Shown piece after piece: positions 28,428-36,338 of a stretch of DNA of 40,708 nt. Both the position numbers and the translations under genes were made by a program. The stretch comes from Deltaproteobacteria bacterium (GTDB lineage Bacteria; SAR324; NAC60-12). Positions within the stretch are counted from its first letter, which is position 1. Every line of letters starts with the position of its first letter. The stretch covers positions 1 through 40,708 of the forward strand of contig JAYOTF010000030.1 in NCBI GenBank assembly GCA_038150265.1, written 5' to 3'. A model generated the notes under the pieces. The model saw nothing but the letters and a program-made list of their open reading frames with translations. It ran no database searches and had not been told where the DNA came from.

Positions 28428-28454
28428 AGCCACCAGGCCCTCTGTCTGGTGGCT
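28428..28454. terminator. Hairpin between convergent rplC and the heme-binding gene
   Basis: AGCCACCAG-GCCCTCTGT-CTGGTGGCT: 9-bp perfect stem, extendable. Confidence 0.55.
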
Positions 28455-28470
28455 GCTCCTTCCTGCTTCC

Positions 28471-28968
28471 TTAAAAATCCAGAAATTCGAGCTCTTCCTG
28501 CACCGCTTCCATGCCGGCCTGCGCGCATTCGAGGTCAACGGATGAGGGCGCTCCAGAGACGCCAATTCCTCCGTAAAAGCGTCCGGCTGCCTGAATCGGC
28601 ATGCCTCCCCGTACCGGAACGACTCCCTGTGCGTAAGAAACGCCCTCAGCCCCTTCGAGCTGATGGGTGGCTGCCTGCGTCAGTGCCGACGTGTAGGCCT
28701 TCCCTTGCGCAATTTCTCCGGTCATCGGGGACGCCAAAGGCGAGCGCACAAAGCTGCTGAGGCGTCCTTCCCGGTTCATCACGGCAACCGAAACGGCATA
28801 CCCCTGCGCCTCACAGGCCTCCAGGGCGGTGATCGCCAGCTTCATGGAAAGCTGCCCACTGAGGAAACCGAACTCCACCACCGGAGGGGGCTCACTCGCA
28901 CTCGCCGCGAGCGGGAACAGCAGCCCCAACAGAGGCCACAGGGCACGAAGCCGTCGTCTACGCATCAT
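28471..28968 (-). CDS. Exported heme-binding protein, GlcG/HbpS (DUF336) family
   Basis: Start placed at MMRRRRLRALW (RBS AGGA), giving a signal peptide ending ASA. ACEAQGYAVSVAV, AQGKAYTS, GGMPI, GGIGVSGAP...DLECAQAG. Confidence 0.85.
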   Translation of the reverse strand: MMRRRRLRALWPLLGLLFPLAASASEPPPVVEFGFLSGQLSMKLAITALEACEAQGYAVSVAVMNREGRLSSFVRSPLASPMTGEIAQGKAYTSALTQAATHQLEGAEGVSYAQGVVPVRGGMPIQAAGRFYGGIGVSGAPSSVDLECAQAGMEAVQEELEFLDF

Positions 28969-29227
28969 TTTGATTTTCCTGATTGAAGTGTGCAATTGGC
29001 GGAGTCTTGAGGAACACGGGCGGGTGAGCGCAAGGAAACGGACTGGCGGCCGCAGAAGCTGATGGAGGAGCATCGCCGTTGTTGCTTCCCGGACGTCACG
29101 CCAACCCGGCCTTCCGATCAGGTGGTACCACCGCCGGCTCCTCACCGGGTCCGGGCCCCGCCAGAACAGGATGACCGGGTTGAGGAGCCTCGAGCTCGGC
29201 AATCCGGGGCTGTAGAAGGCGTGGGAC

Positions 29228-29677
29228 CTACAGGCGGAACGCCCGGTCAAACGCCCGGCGCAGGTAATCCGGCTCTTGGGGCCCGGTCAGGGTCGCAATC
29301 CGGGTGCCGTCGGGCTTGAAGAACAGCAGGGTGACGTTACTGACGTTGTACAGTTGCGCAAACGCTCGCCCTTCCGGCGTGTTGAGGCTGGCGACAATGA
29401 AGCGGATGCGACCTTCGTATTCGGGTTGGAGCGAGTGGACCACTCGCTTGAGCTCACGGCAGAGGCTTCAGCCAGGGTCATGGATCTGCACCACCACGTT
29501 CTGTCCCTGCCCCACGGCAGAGAGGTCGGTGTCTTCTGGCTCAAAGCCCATCCATAACCAGAATCCGGCGGCCAGGATCACAAGGCTGGTGACCAGCACC
29601 AGGAGCTGAGCCTGCTGACGCCGTTGCTGAGACCGCGAAGGGCCCTGATTGCGTTTCGATTTAGACATTGCGGGCAT
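29228..29677 (-). CDS. Membrane-anchored thioredoxin-fold protein with UxxC motif (probable selenoprotein, Sec codon 29468-29470)
   Basis: Track ORFs 29468..29677 and 29228..29443 are in one frame separated by a single TGA: VVVQIHDPG-U-SLC-RELKRVV...IRFIVASLNTPEGRAFAQLYNVSNVTLLFFKPDG. 149 aa with an N-terminal TM. A SECIS-like hairpin follows. Confidence 0.8.
29430..29448 (-). other. Candidate bacterial SECIS element
   Basis: mRNA sense: UGA, 19 nt, AGCGAGUG-GUC-CACUCGCU. Perfect 8-bp stem, and the apical loop starts with GU 27 nt after the UGA. Confidence 0.65.
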
Positions 29678-29825
29678 GGGTAGAGTGAATGGTTCCTGCC
29701 CAAAATATAGAGGCAGGAGGCCCCCAACACCAGCAGAAAATCACGCCGTCCGGGTTCCGGCATTGAAGGTTCCCGGGACCTGTGGTTAGCTAGAGCCCAG
29801 AATTTCACCCCCCATAGGACGCCCC

Positions 29826-30275
29826 ATGCCCACTCTGCGAGACATTCAGTACACCGCCTTGATCGTCAGCCTTGTTGTCCTGCCTGCCGTGGGACTCACG
29901 CTCCTGCTTCCGGTTTTCTGGAGCGATTGGAAGCTCGACGGCAACGCGCTTTGGACTCTGCAGCGACGTGGCATGCCCGAAGAGGTGGTCACGGAGCTGC
30001 AGCCCCTCCGCACCCGGGACTTCTCTTCCCGGAACGCGGTCATGGAAGCCGCCAAGGCAGCGCTTCCGGAAGCCGCCTTTACGGAGTATGCCCCCCAGAT
30101 CAGCGTAGTCGCACGGCAGGTCCGCCGCTCCAACGGGGAGTGGGTGTTCCTGGGATTGCTGGTGGCGTGGTATGCCGGGCTGTACGCCCTCTGGCGCAAG
30201 TGGGGTCAGGCGTTGGGATTTCCCGTTGAGGGCTCCTCCGAATCCGAAGGCGCTTCCAGCGGAAGCTCCAGCTGA
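29826..30275 (+). CDS. Hypothetical membrane protein (two TM helices flanking a ~60-aa helical domain)
   Basis: RBS AGGA, TM-domain-TM layout. The 3' end overlaps convergent scpB by 70 nt. Confidence 0.65.
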   Translation: MPTLRDIQYTALIVSLVVLPAVGLTLLLPVFWSDWKLDGNALWTLQRRGMPEEVVTELQPLRTRDFSSRNAVMEAAKAALPEAAFTEYAPQISVVARQVRRSNGEWVFLGLLVAWYAGLYALWRKWGQALGFPVEGSSESEGASSGSSS

Positions 30276-30808
30276 GGCGTCATCACGTCTTCCAGGCCAA
30301 ATTCCGCCAAGTCCGGAAGGTGCTTGAGCTGCGACAGCCCAAAGACTTCCAGGAAGGTTTTGGTGGTGCCATAAAGGCTCGGACGCCCCGGAAGCATCTC
30401 CTTGCCCACGATCCGGATCAGGCGCCGCTGCAGGAGCGTCCGCAGCGTGTGAGACGAGTCCACCCCGCGGACGAACTCCACCCCGGCCCGGGTGATCGGC
30501 TGCTTGTAAGCCACAATTGCCAGTGTCTCCAGCAAGGCCATGGAGAGCTTGATCGTCTTGATCGAGTCCAGCTTCTGCACCCACCCCCGGTGTTCCGGAA
30601 GGGTGCGCATCTGGAGCCCCTCTGCAACCGTTTCAATCCGGAAGGCCCGCCCTGTTTCTTCATAAACGGCATTCAAGCGCTTGCTCGCCCCTCGCAGGTC
30701 CGCAGGACTGGTTTCCGGAAGCAGGACGCTGAGTTGCCGGACTGAGAGCGGATGGGAGGCGGAAAACAGAACGGCCTCCAGGGCCAATTCCAATTCTTGC
30801 GGAGTCAT
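30206..30808 (-). CDS. scpB: SMC-Scp complex subunit ScpB
   Basis: LEAVLFSAS.PL, LSMALLETLAIVAYKQPITRA, RGVDS, PGRPSLYGTTKTFLEVFGL..L..LP. Start placed at MTPQELE. Confidence 0.93.
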   Translation of the reverse strand: MTPQELELALEAVLFSASHPLSVRQLSVLLPETSPADLRGASKRLNAVYEETGRAFRIETVAEGLQMRTLPEHRGWVQKLDSIKTIKLSMALLETLAIVAYKQPITRAGVEFVRGVDSSHTLRTLLQRRLIRIVGKEMLPGRPSLYGTTKTFLEVFGLSQLKHLPDLAEFGLEDVMTPQLELPLEAPSDSEEPSTGNPNA

Positions 30809-30963
30809 CACTTTTTCCAGGAAAACAACAGAGCACAAACGCGTGGACTCTACCCCAGCCCGGACGGTAGAATAAAGTCTTTTGCACCACCCTTCCTGAG
30901 AAGGGCCCAACTTCCTCCGGCGCCTCGTGTCCCAGAGATGTCGGTTTCAGCCCCGAGAGTTTC

Positions 30964-32163
30964 ATGAGCCAAACCAACCCTTCCCTTCATCCGGAAACCC
31001 GAACCGTCCTGGCCGGACGCGACCCCAAGGCCTATGGCGGCACCGTCAACCCGCCGGTGTACCGCGCCTCTACCATCTTGTCACACACTGTGGCAGAGCT
31101 GAAGGAACGGGGACAGGCGAAGGCAGAGGACCGGCAGCTGATGTTCTACGGACGCAAGGGGACCCCCACCTCGTGGGCCCTGGAAAATGCGGTGGCGGAC
31201 CTGGAAGGGGGGTACCGCTCCATGGCGTTTCCTTCCGGACTCGCGGCCATTGCGGCTGCGCTGACGGCCTTCCTCAAGGCAGGAGATCACCTGCTGATGA
31301 CCGACAGCACCTATGGCCCCACCCGCGAGCTGTGTGACGGCTTTCTCCAGCGCTTTGGCGTGACCACCACCTACTACGATCCGCAAATCAGCGCTGCCGA
31401 CCTCAAGGCCCTCATTCAGCCCAACACCACGGTGCTCTTCACCGAGTCGCCCGGCTCTCAGACCTTCGAGGTCCAAGACATCCCCGCCCTCGCCGAGGTC
31501 GCGCATGCGCATGGCCTGAAGGTCCTCATGGACAACACCTGGGGCACTCCTCTCTACTTCCGGTCCTTTGAGCACGGGGTCGATGTTTCCATTCATGCCG
31601 GAACCAAGTACATCGTTGGACACTCCGATGCCATGCTCGGACTCGTGGTCACCACCGAAGAAACCTGGGGCACGCTCCGGGAAACCGCCTGGCAGTGGGG
31701 ACAGTGTGCCGGGCCAGATGACCTCTACCTCGGCCAACGGGGCCTGCGCACCATGGCGGTCCGGCTGAAGCAGCACCAGGCCAATGCCACCGCCGTTGCC
31801 GAGTGGCTCCAGGCGCAGCCGGCTGTGAAGCAGGTGCTTTATCCGGCTCTTCCCGGCGCTCCGGGGCATGAGCTGTGGAAGCGCGACTTCCTGGGCGCCT
31901 CCGGACTCTTTGGCGTGGAACTGCACCCGGTTGCCGAACAGGCGGTGCCAGCCTTGCTGGACCACATGGAGCTCTTCCACATGGGCTTTTCCTGGGGCGG
32001 TTACGAGAGCCTGATCCTGGCCACCCATCCCCGGAGCATGCGGACGGCGTCTCCGTGGGTCTTTGAGGGCCCCCTGCTCCGGCTGCACATTGGTCTGGAG
32101 AACCCGGAAGACCTCATTGCCGACCTTCAGGCAGGGCTCAAGCGCTTGCAACACGCTGAATGA
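30964..32163 (+). CDS. metC: Cystathionine beta-lyase
   Basis: VNPPVYRASTI, YGRKGTPT, PSGLAA, ESPGSQTFEVQD, DNTW, PLP lysine in AGTKYIVGHSD, RGLRT, GFSWGGYESL. Confidence 0.92.
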   Translation: MSQTNPSLHPETRTVLAGRDPKAYGGTVNPPVYRASTILSHTVAELKERGQAKAEDRQLMFYGRKGTPTSWALENAVADLEGGYRSMAFPSGLAAIAAALTAFLKAGDHLLMTDSTYGPTRELCDGFLQRFGVTTTYYDPQISAADLKALIQPNTTVLFTESPGSQTFEVQDIPALAEVAHAHGLKVLMDNTWGTPLYFRSFEHGVDVSIHAGTKYIVGHSDAMLGLVVTTEETWGTLRETAWQWGQCAGPDDLYLGQRGLRTMAVRLKQHQANATAVAEWLQAQPAVKQVLYPALPGAPGHELWKRDFLGASGLFGVELHPVAEQAVPALLDHMELFHMGFSWGGYESLILATHPRSMRTASPWVFEGPLLRLHIGLENPEDLIADLQAGLKRLQHAE

Positions 32164-32165
32164 CT

Positions 32166-32194
32166 TTGAGTTTGAAGGGCGGATTTGGTACGCT
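32166..32194 (+). promoter_or_regulatory. Sigma70-type promoter (extended -10)
   Basis: TTGAGT (32166-32171), 17 nt, TGg-TACGCT (-10 at 32189-32194). Confidence 0.45.
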
Positions 32195-32230
32195 TTCGCG
32201 TTCCGAAGTTCAATTTTACCCGGAGGGCGA

Positions 32231-33115
32231 ATGATGCTGCTGATTGCAGACGAAAACTCAGACACACTGGATCAACTCCGAGCCCTGCTGAGTGGCTCGG
32301 AGCATGAGGCCTACTTTGCGTCTGATGGCGAAGAGGCCCTCAAGCACTTCCGGGACTTTCAGCCGGATGCCGTCCTGAGCGCGCTGACCCTGCCCAAGCT
32401 CGGAGGCCTGGAGCTGCTCAAGGAGGTCCGGAGCCTCAACCCGCGGGTGCCGTTTGTGATGATTGGACGGACCAGTGAGCCCGAGAGCATCCTCAATGCC
32501 CTCCGGCTGGGCGCCTGTGACTTCCTGACCCGTCCCCTCAAGAGCCTTGAGTTTCAACGGACGCTCAAGCGGATCCACACCCTGAGGCGCACCCCCACGC
32601 TGCTCAACTTTCCGTTCGAGCACCTGGTTCAGGAGTCCCGGACCCTGGAGTTTGGGAATGAGTTTGAGTACCTCCCCGAGGTGGTAGCCTTCATGACGCG
32701 CGATGTTGACGCTTATGGAGTGATTACCCCCGAAGATGCCTACCTCCTGAACCTCTTCCTCACCGAGGCGCTGGAGAACGCGATCTTCCACGGCAACCTG
32801 GAGCTGGATCGCAGCTGGCGAGACGACCCGCAGGCCATGTACGAAGAGGCGGTCCGGCGTCGCGAGCAGGAGGTCTATGCCGAGCGCCGTGTCTCGGTGA
32901 GCTACGACCTGAGCCGCAACTCCACCAAGTTTGTCATCCGGGATGAAGGCAAGGGCTTCTCCCACGCGGAACTCCCGGATTTTTCAGACCCCGACAACCT
33001 CTTCAAGCCCAACGGCAAGGGGCTCGTGCTGATCTCCAATTTCATGGATGAGGTCTTCTGGAATGAGCGGGGGAATGAGATGACCCTGATTCGCTACCGA
33101 CGCCGCAAGTCATGA
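32231..33115 (+). CDS. Receiver-like domain fused to an RsbW-like (HATPase_c_2) anti-sigma/Ser kinase domain
   Basis: RBS GGAGG. N-terminal REC fold. C-terminal EALENAIFHGN, IRDEGKGF, GKGLVLISNFMDEV, GNEMTL. Confidence 0.85.
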   Translation: MMLLIADENSDTLDQLRALLSGSEHEAYFASDGEEALKHFRDFQPDAVLSALTLPKLGGLELLKEVRSLNPRVPFVMIGRTSEPESILNALRLGACDFLTRPLKSLEFQRTLKRIHTLRRTPTLLNFPFEHLVQESRTLEFGNEFEYLPEVVAFMTRDVDAYGVITPEDAYLLNLFLTEALENAIFHGNLELDRSWRDDPQAMYEEAVRRREQEVYAERRVSVSYDLSRNSTKFVIRDEGKGFSHAELPDFSDPDNLFKPNGKGLVLISNFMDEVFWNERGNEMTLIRYRRRKS

Positions 33116-33837
33116 CCCGCCTTCTGCTTCTTGGATTGAGTAGCCTGCTCCTGATCAGTGCCTGCAGCGAGGCCCCCAAACAGGTCCGGGTGCCTGCTCG
33201 GGAGATGTATCAGCAGGCGTATGTTTCTTATGAAGACGGCTTTGCCACCGAGGCCGAGCGTCAGTTCCGAGAGCTGGTCACCGAGCATCCGGGCTCCCGC
33301 ATGGCGGCCCTCGCCTACCTGAAGCTCGGAGACATCAACTTCGACCGGGGCAAGTGGGCGGACTCCGAATCCGACTACCGAGCCTTTCTCCTCAACAGCC
33401 CCCAGAGCCACCTCACGCCCTACGTCCTCCACCGCATCATTGCGCTCAACTACGAGCGCAACAAGTATGGCCTCTTCTTCCGTGCCCGGGAATATGACCG
33501 GAACATGGAGCCCAACCGGAAGATCCTCCTCGAGTATCAGCGCTTTGCGATGCTCTACCCCGACAGCCCCTACCTGCAGGATGTCGGCGAGTACCAGGTC
33601 AAGGCCCGGGCGGACCTGGCTGAGTACGAACGCCTCGTGGGAAACTGGTACTTTGACCAGGAGGCCTACCCCTCCGCCATCTCCCGGTACCGCTACCTGC
33701 TCCTCAACTACCCCGAGTATCCGGAAACGGCAGCCGTGGCCGACCAACTCATTCGCGCCTACGAGCGGAACCGTCAGCCGGAGTTGGCCCAGGAATTGCG
33801 AGACTCCCTCAAACGGGTTCGCGCCCATCCTCAATAA
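33112..33837 (+). CDS. bamD: Outer membrane assembly lipoprotein BamD
   Basis: Lipobox LISAC, TPR helices, YPDSPY, LAEYERLVGNWYF...SAISRY..LL.NYP typical of BamD. Confidence 0.85.
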   Translation: MTRLLLLGLSSLLLISACSEAPKQVRVPAREMYQQAYVSYEDGFATEAERQFRELVTEHPGSRMAALAYLKLGDINFDRGKWADSESDYRAFLLNSPQSHLTPYVLHRIIALNYERNKYGLFFRAREYDRNMEPNRKILLEYQRFAMLYPDSPYLQDVGEYQVKARADLAEYERLVGNWYFDQEAYPSAISRYRYLLLNYPEYPETAAVADQLIRAYERNRQPELAQELRDSLKRVRAHPQ

Positions 33838-33857
33838 AAAAGACTCAGGCTGGTTTG

Positions 33858-35018
33858 ATGTTCCGCACGATTCCTCTCCTCCTGCTGACGCTGACGCTGG
33901 TCGGCTGTCGGTCCCTGCTTCCGGAAGGCAACCCTGGGGAACCAGCCCCAGCTCCCTCGGCTTCCTCCTCCTCCGGAACCACGCTCTCGGCCTCTCCGGC
34001 CACTTCTCCTGATGACGACGCCTTGGTGCAACTGCGGCAGGACTTTGTGGCGCTGCAGGAGTACATGCAGGGACTGGAGCGGGAAGTGGCCGAGCTGCGG
34101 CAGGAAGTACAGGATCAGCAGACGCGTCTGGACACCTCGCAGCAGCAGTGGGACACCAATTTTTCGCTGATGGAGCAAGCGGTCGAGAAGCGCCTCAGCC
34201 AGTCAGGCTCCGCCTCCGGATCCACACGGGTGGCAGCGACCGTCCGACAAGAGCCCCCCGCGCCTTCCTCATCCAGTGGACTCACGATCATCCGGTCGGG
34301 CTCTGCGCCGCCTCCGGTTTCTCGCGCCTCCAGCACGTCCGCTTCGTCCTCGCGTCCATCAGAAGAAGACTCGGTGATCACGTACTCCCTGATCCAGCGC
34401 AAGCCCACCCCCAACCTGGAACAGGCCCAGCCCCCTGCCGCCCGGCAAGAGACCAACCTGGGAGACCTGGAGCCCGTTGTGGAAGAGGCCGACCTGAAGC
34501 CTGCGCCGCCGCCGCCTGTCCGGAAGCCCCAACCGCCGGCTCGGACCACCGCCCAGGAAGCAGACACCGCGCCGTTTGACCCAGACCTCGTGGAAACCGC
34601 CAACCCAACGGTCCTGCAGCGCATTCCGGGCGCCATCAACTTCTACAACAAGGGCTCCATTGCCCTGGTGCAGCGTCGGCACGATGAGGCCATCCGGGTC
34701 TTTGAAGACTTCCTCAAGCGCTTCCCCAACGAGATGAATGCGCCCAAGGCTCAGTACTGGGCAGGGTTCTCTCATTTTCAGCTGGGGCAATTTGAAGAGG
34801 CAGAGGCGGCGGTCCGCAAGATGCTCCGGACCTATGAACACCGTCCAGACACCCAGGGTTACAAGACGTCAGAGGGAATCTTTTTGCTCGGGCGGATTGC
34901 TCAGGAACGCAACGACCTTCCGCTCGCCAAACGTTACTGGCAGGCGGCCATGAAGCTCTACCCCGGCACCACCGGAGCCGATCAGGCAAACATGGAGTTG
35001 AAGCGGCTGGCGCGCTAG
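33858..35018 (+). CDS. CpoB/YbgF-like lipoprotein (coiled coil, long linker, TPR)
   Basis: Lipobox LVGC, coiled coil near aa 55-110, C-terminal TPRs (AIRVFEDFLKRFPN...AQYWAG...YPGT). Confidence 0.7.
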   Translation: MFRTIPLLLLTLTLVGCRSLLPEGNPGEPAPAPSASSSSGTTLSASPATSPDDDALVQLRQDFVALQEYMQGLEREVAELRQEVQDQQTRLDTSQQQWDTNFSLMEQAVEKRLSQSGSASGSTRVAATVRQEPPAPSSSSGLTIIRSGSAPPPVSRASSTSASSSRPSEEDSVITYSLIQRKPTPNLEQAQPPAARQETNLGDLEPVVEEADLKPAPPPPVRKPQPPARTTAQEADTAPFDPDLVETANPTVLQRIPGAINFYNKGSIALVQRRHDEAIRVFEDFLKRFPNEMNAPKAQYWAGFSHFQLGQFEEAEAAVRKMLRTYEHRPDTQGYKTSEGIFLLGRIAQERNDLPLAKRYWQAAMKLYPGTTGADQANMELKRLAR

Positions 35019-35284
35019 ACGGGAAGCAGGATGGAGCGGATGAGGTAGATCACAAACAACGCCACCATCACGGAGAGATCCATGCCCCCCATCGGTGGAA
35101 CGACTCGGCGGATTGGAGCCAGGAAGGGCTCCACCATGCCCTGCAGGAAGCGCTGAATGGGGTGCTGATTATGAGGAAGGAACCACGTGAGCATGGCATA
35201 GACCACAATCATCATGCTCAGCAGGCCGAGCATCATGTCCACGACCTGAAGCAGGGTTCCGACAAAAGAAGGGCCGGCAAACAT
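35015..35284 (-). CDS. yggT: YggT family membrane protein
   Basis: LTWF..HPIQRFL..MVEPFLAPIRRVVPPMGGMDLS. Confidence 0.9.
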   Translation of the reverse strand: MFAGPSFVGTLLQVVDMMLGLLSMMIVVYAMLTWFLPHNQHPIQRFLQGMVEPFLAPIRRVVPPMGGMDLSVMVALFVIYLIRSILLPV

Positions 35285-36336
35285 TATCCACTTTGCTGTT
35301 CGAGTTTCCGGACACGCTCAAAGAGTTCCTCCAGGCGTCCGATGTTCGACTGCATCTGCCGCCACTCAGACGCCGGACGCCCCGGCATGCCCGCAATCAT
35401 GGTTTCAGAGGCGGTGTTGCTGGTCACCACGCCCCGGGCCATCACGGCCACCCGATCTCCAATGACCACATTGTCCCGGACCCCCGTCTGTCCGCCCAGA
35501 ATGAGGTGACGGCCCGCCTTGACGCTTCCGCCCACAGCCGTTTGTGCCGAGATGAGCGCCTGAGGGCCCAGGTCCACATTATGAGCAATCTGGACCTGGT
35601 TGTCGATCTTGCTGCCCTGGCCAATGCGGGTCACCGAGAAGCGGGCCCGGTCAATGGTTGTGCCGGCGCCGATTTCCACATCATCCTCGACCACCACGAT
35701 TCCCACCTGCGGGATCTTCCGGTTGACGCCCTCTCGCTGAAAGTACCCGTGCCCATCGGCACCAATCACGGCATTTGACTGCAGGATCACCCGGTCTCCC
35801 AGGACGCACCGCGTCTGCACCACCGCGTTGGGGTAGAGCGTGCAGTCTGCCCCCACGGAAGCACCGGTCATGAGCACCACGCCCGCATGAATGCAGGTCC
35901 GGGCTCCCACCGTGACCCCTTCGTACAGCACCGCATGTGGTCCCACCGTGACGCCTTCGCCGAGTTGGACGCCTTCTGCAATCACGGCGGTGGGGTGCCG
36001 GTTCCAGCGAGGAGACGGTTCCGGATGCAGCCAGGCCGTCAGGGCCACATGAGCGGCAAGGGGGTCGTCGGCATAAATCAGATTTTGAGACTCATCCCGC
36101 ATCTGTGGTGGGACCACGAGGGCCCTTCCCTCCAGCGACAGGTCCTTCAGCTGGGGAAGGCCCCGCTTGGCCAGTCCTGCTGAAACCGGGACGCTGGCCA
36201 ACCCTGCGGGGTTGATCACATACGCGATCCCTCCTTCCGGAAAGTCGTCCAGACCGCAGGCCCGGTTGAGCTTCAAATCGCCCTGTCCGGACCATTCGGC
36301 GCCAAGGAACTCTGCGGCTTCTTGCAAGGTGGGCAT
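35284..36336 (-). CDS. lpxD: UDP-3-O-acyl-glucosamine N-acyltransferase
   Basis: Hexapeptide repeats, IGADGHGY, KIPQVG.V.VEDDVEIGAGTTIDR, KIDNQVQIAHNV. Confidence 0.93.
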   Translation of the reverse strand: MPTLQEAAEFLGAEWSGQGDLKLNRACGLDDFPEGGIAYVINPAGLASVPVSAGLAKRGLPQLKDLSLEGRALVVPPQMRDESQNLIYADDPLAAHVALTAWLHPEPSPRWNRHPTAVIAEGVQLGEGVTVGPHAVLYEGVTVGARTCIHAGVVLMTGASVGADCTLYPNAVVQTRCVLGDRVILQSNAVIGADGHGYFQREGVNRKIPQVGIVVVEDDVEIGAGTTIDRARFSVTRIGQGSKIDNQVQIAHNVDLGPQALISAQTAVGGSVKAGRHLILGGQTGVRDNVVIGDRVAVMARGVVTSNTASETMIAGMPGRPASEWRQMQSNIGRLEELFERVRKLEQQSG

Positions 36337-36338
36337 GC

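Noticed and set aside
29121..29132. GGTGGTACCAC resembling a T-box antiterminator motif
   Set aside because: No recognisable stem I or specifier loop, no U-tailed terminator and no amino-acid-related gene downstream.
28969..29250. Long N-terminal extensions given by the ORF track (heme-binding gene; also moeA 37557-37664, scpB 30809-30910, the regulator 32063-32230 and lacI 20366-20446)
   Set aside because: Recognisable domains, RBSs or start-stop overlaps point to later starts, and the extensions overlap neighbouring genes or promoters.
29228..29677. Reading the thioredoxin-fold locus as a nonsense pseudogene or two small genes
   Set aside because: The single stop is TGA at the catalytic Cys position, both halves are otherwise intact and a SECIS-like hairpin follows. 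Not fully excluded without seeing sel genes.
29578..29763. Minus-strand ORF starting MPEPGRRDFLLVLGASC (Tat-like motif) with a CPQC
   Set aside because: Overlaps the selenoprotein 5' end by 100 nt in another frame, with no clear RBS and no domain after the motif. Probably chance.
30206..30275. 70-nt convergent overlap between the membrane protein gene and scpB
   Set aside because: Both overlapping tails are low-complexity, consistent with ordinary stop-codon drift.
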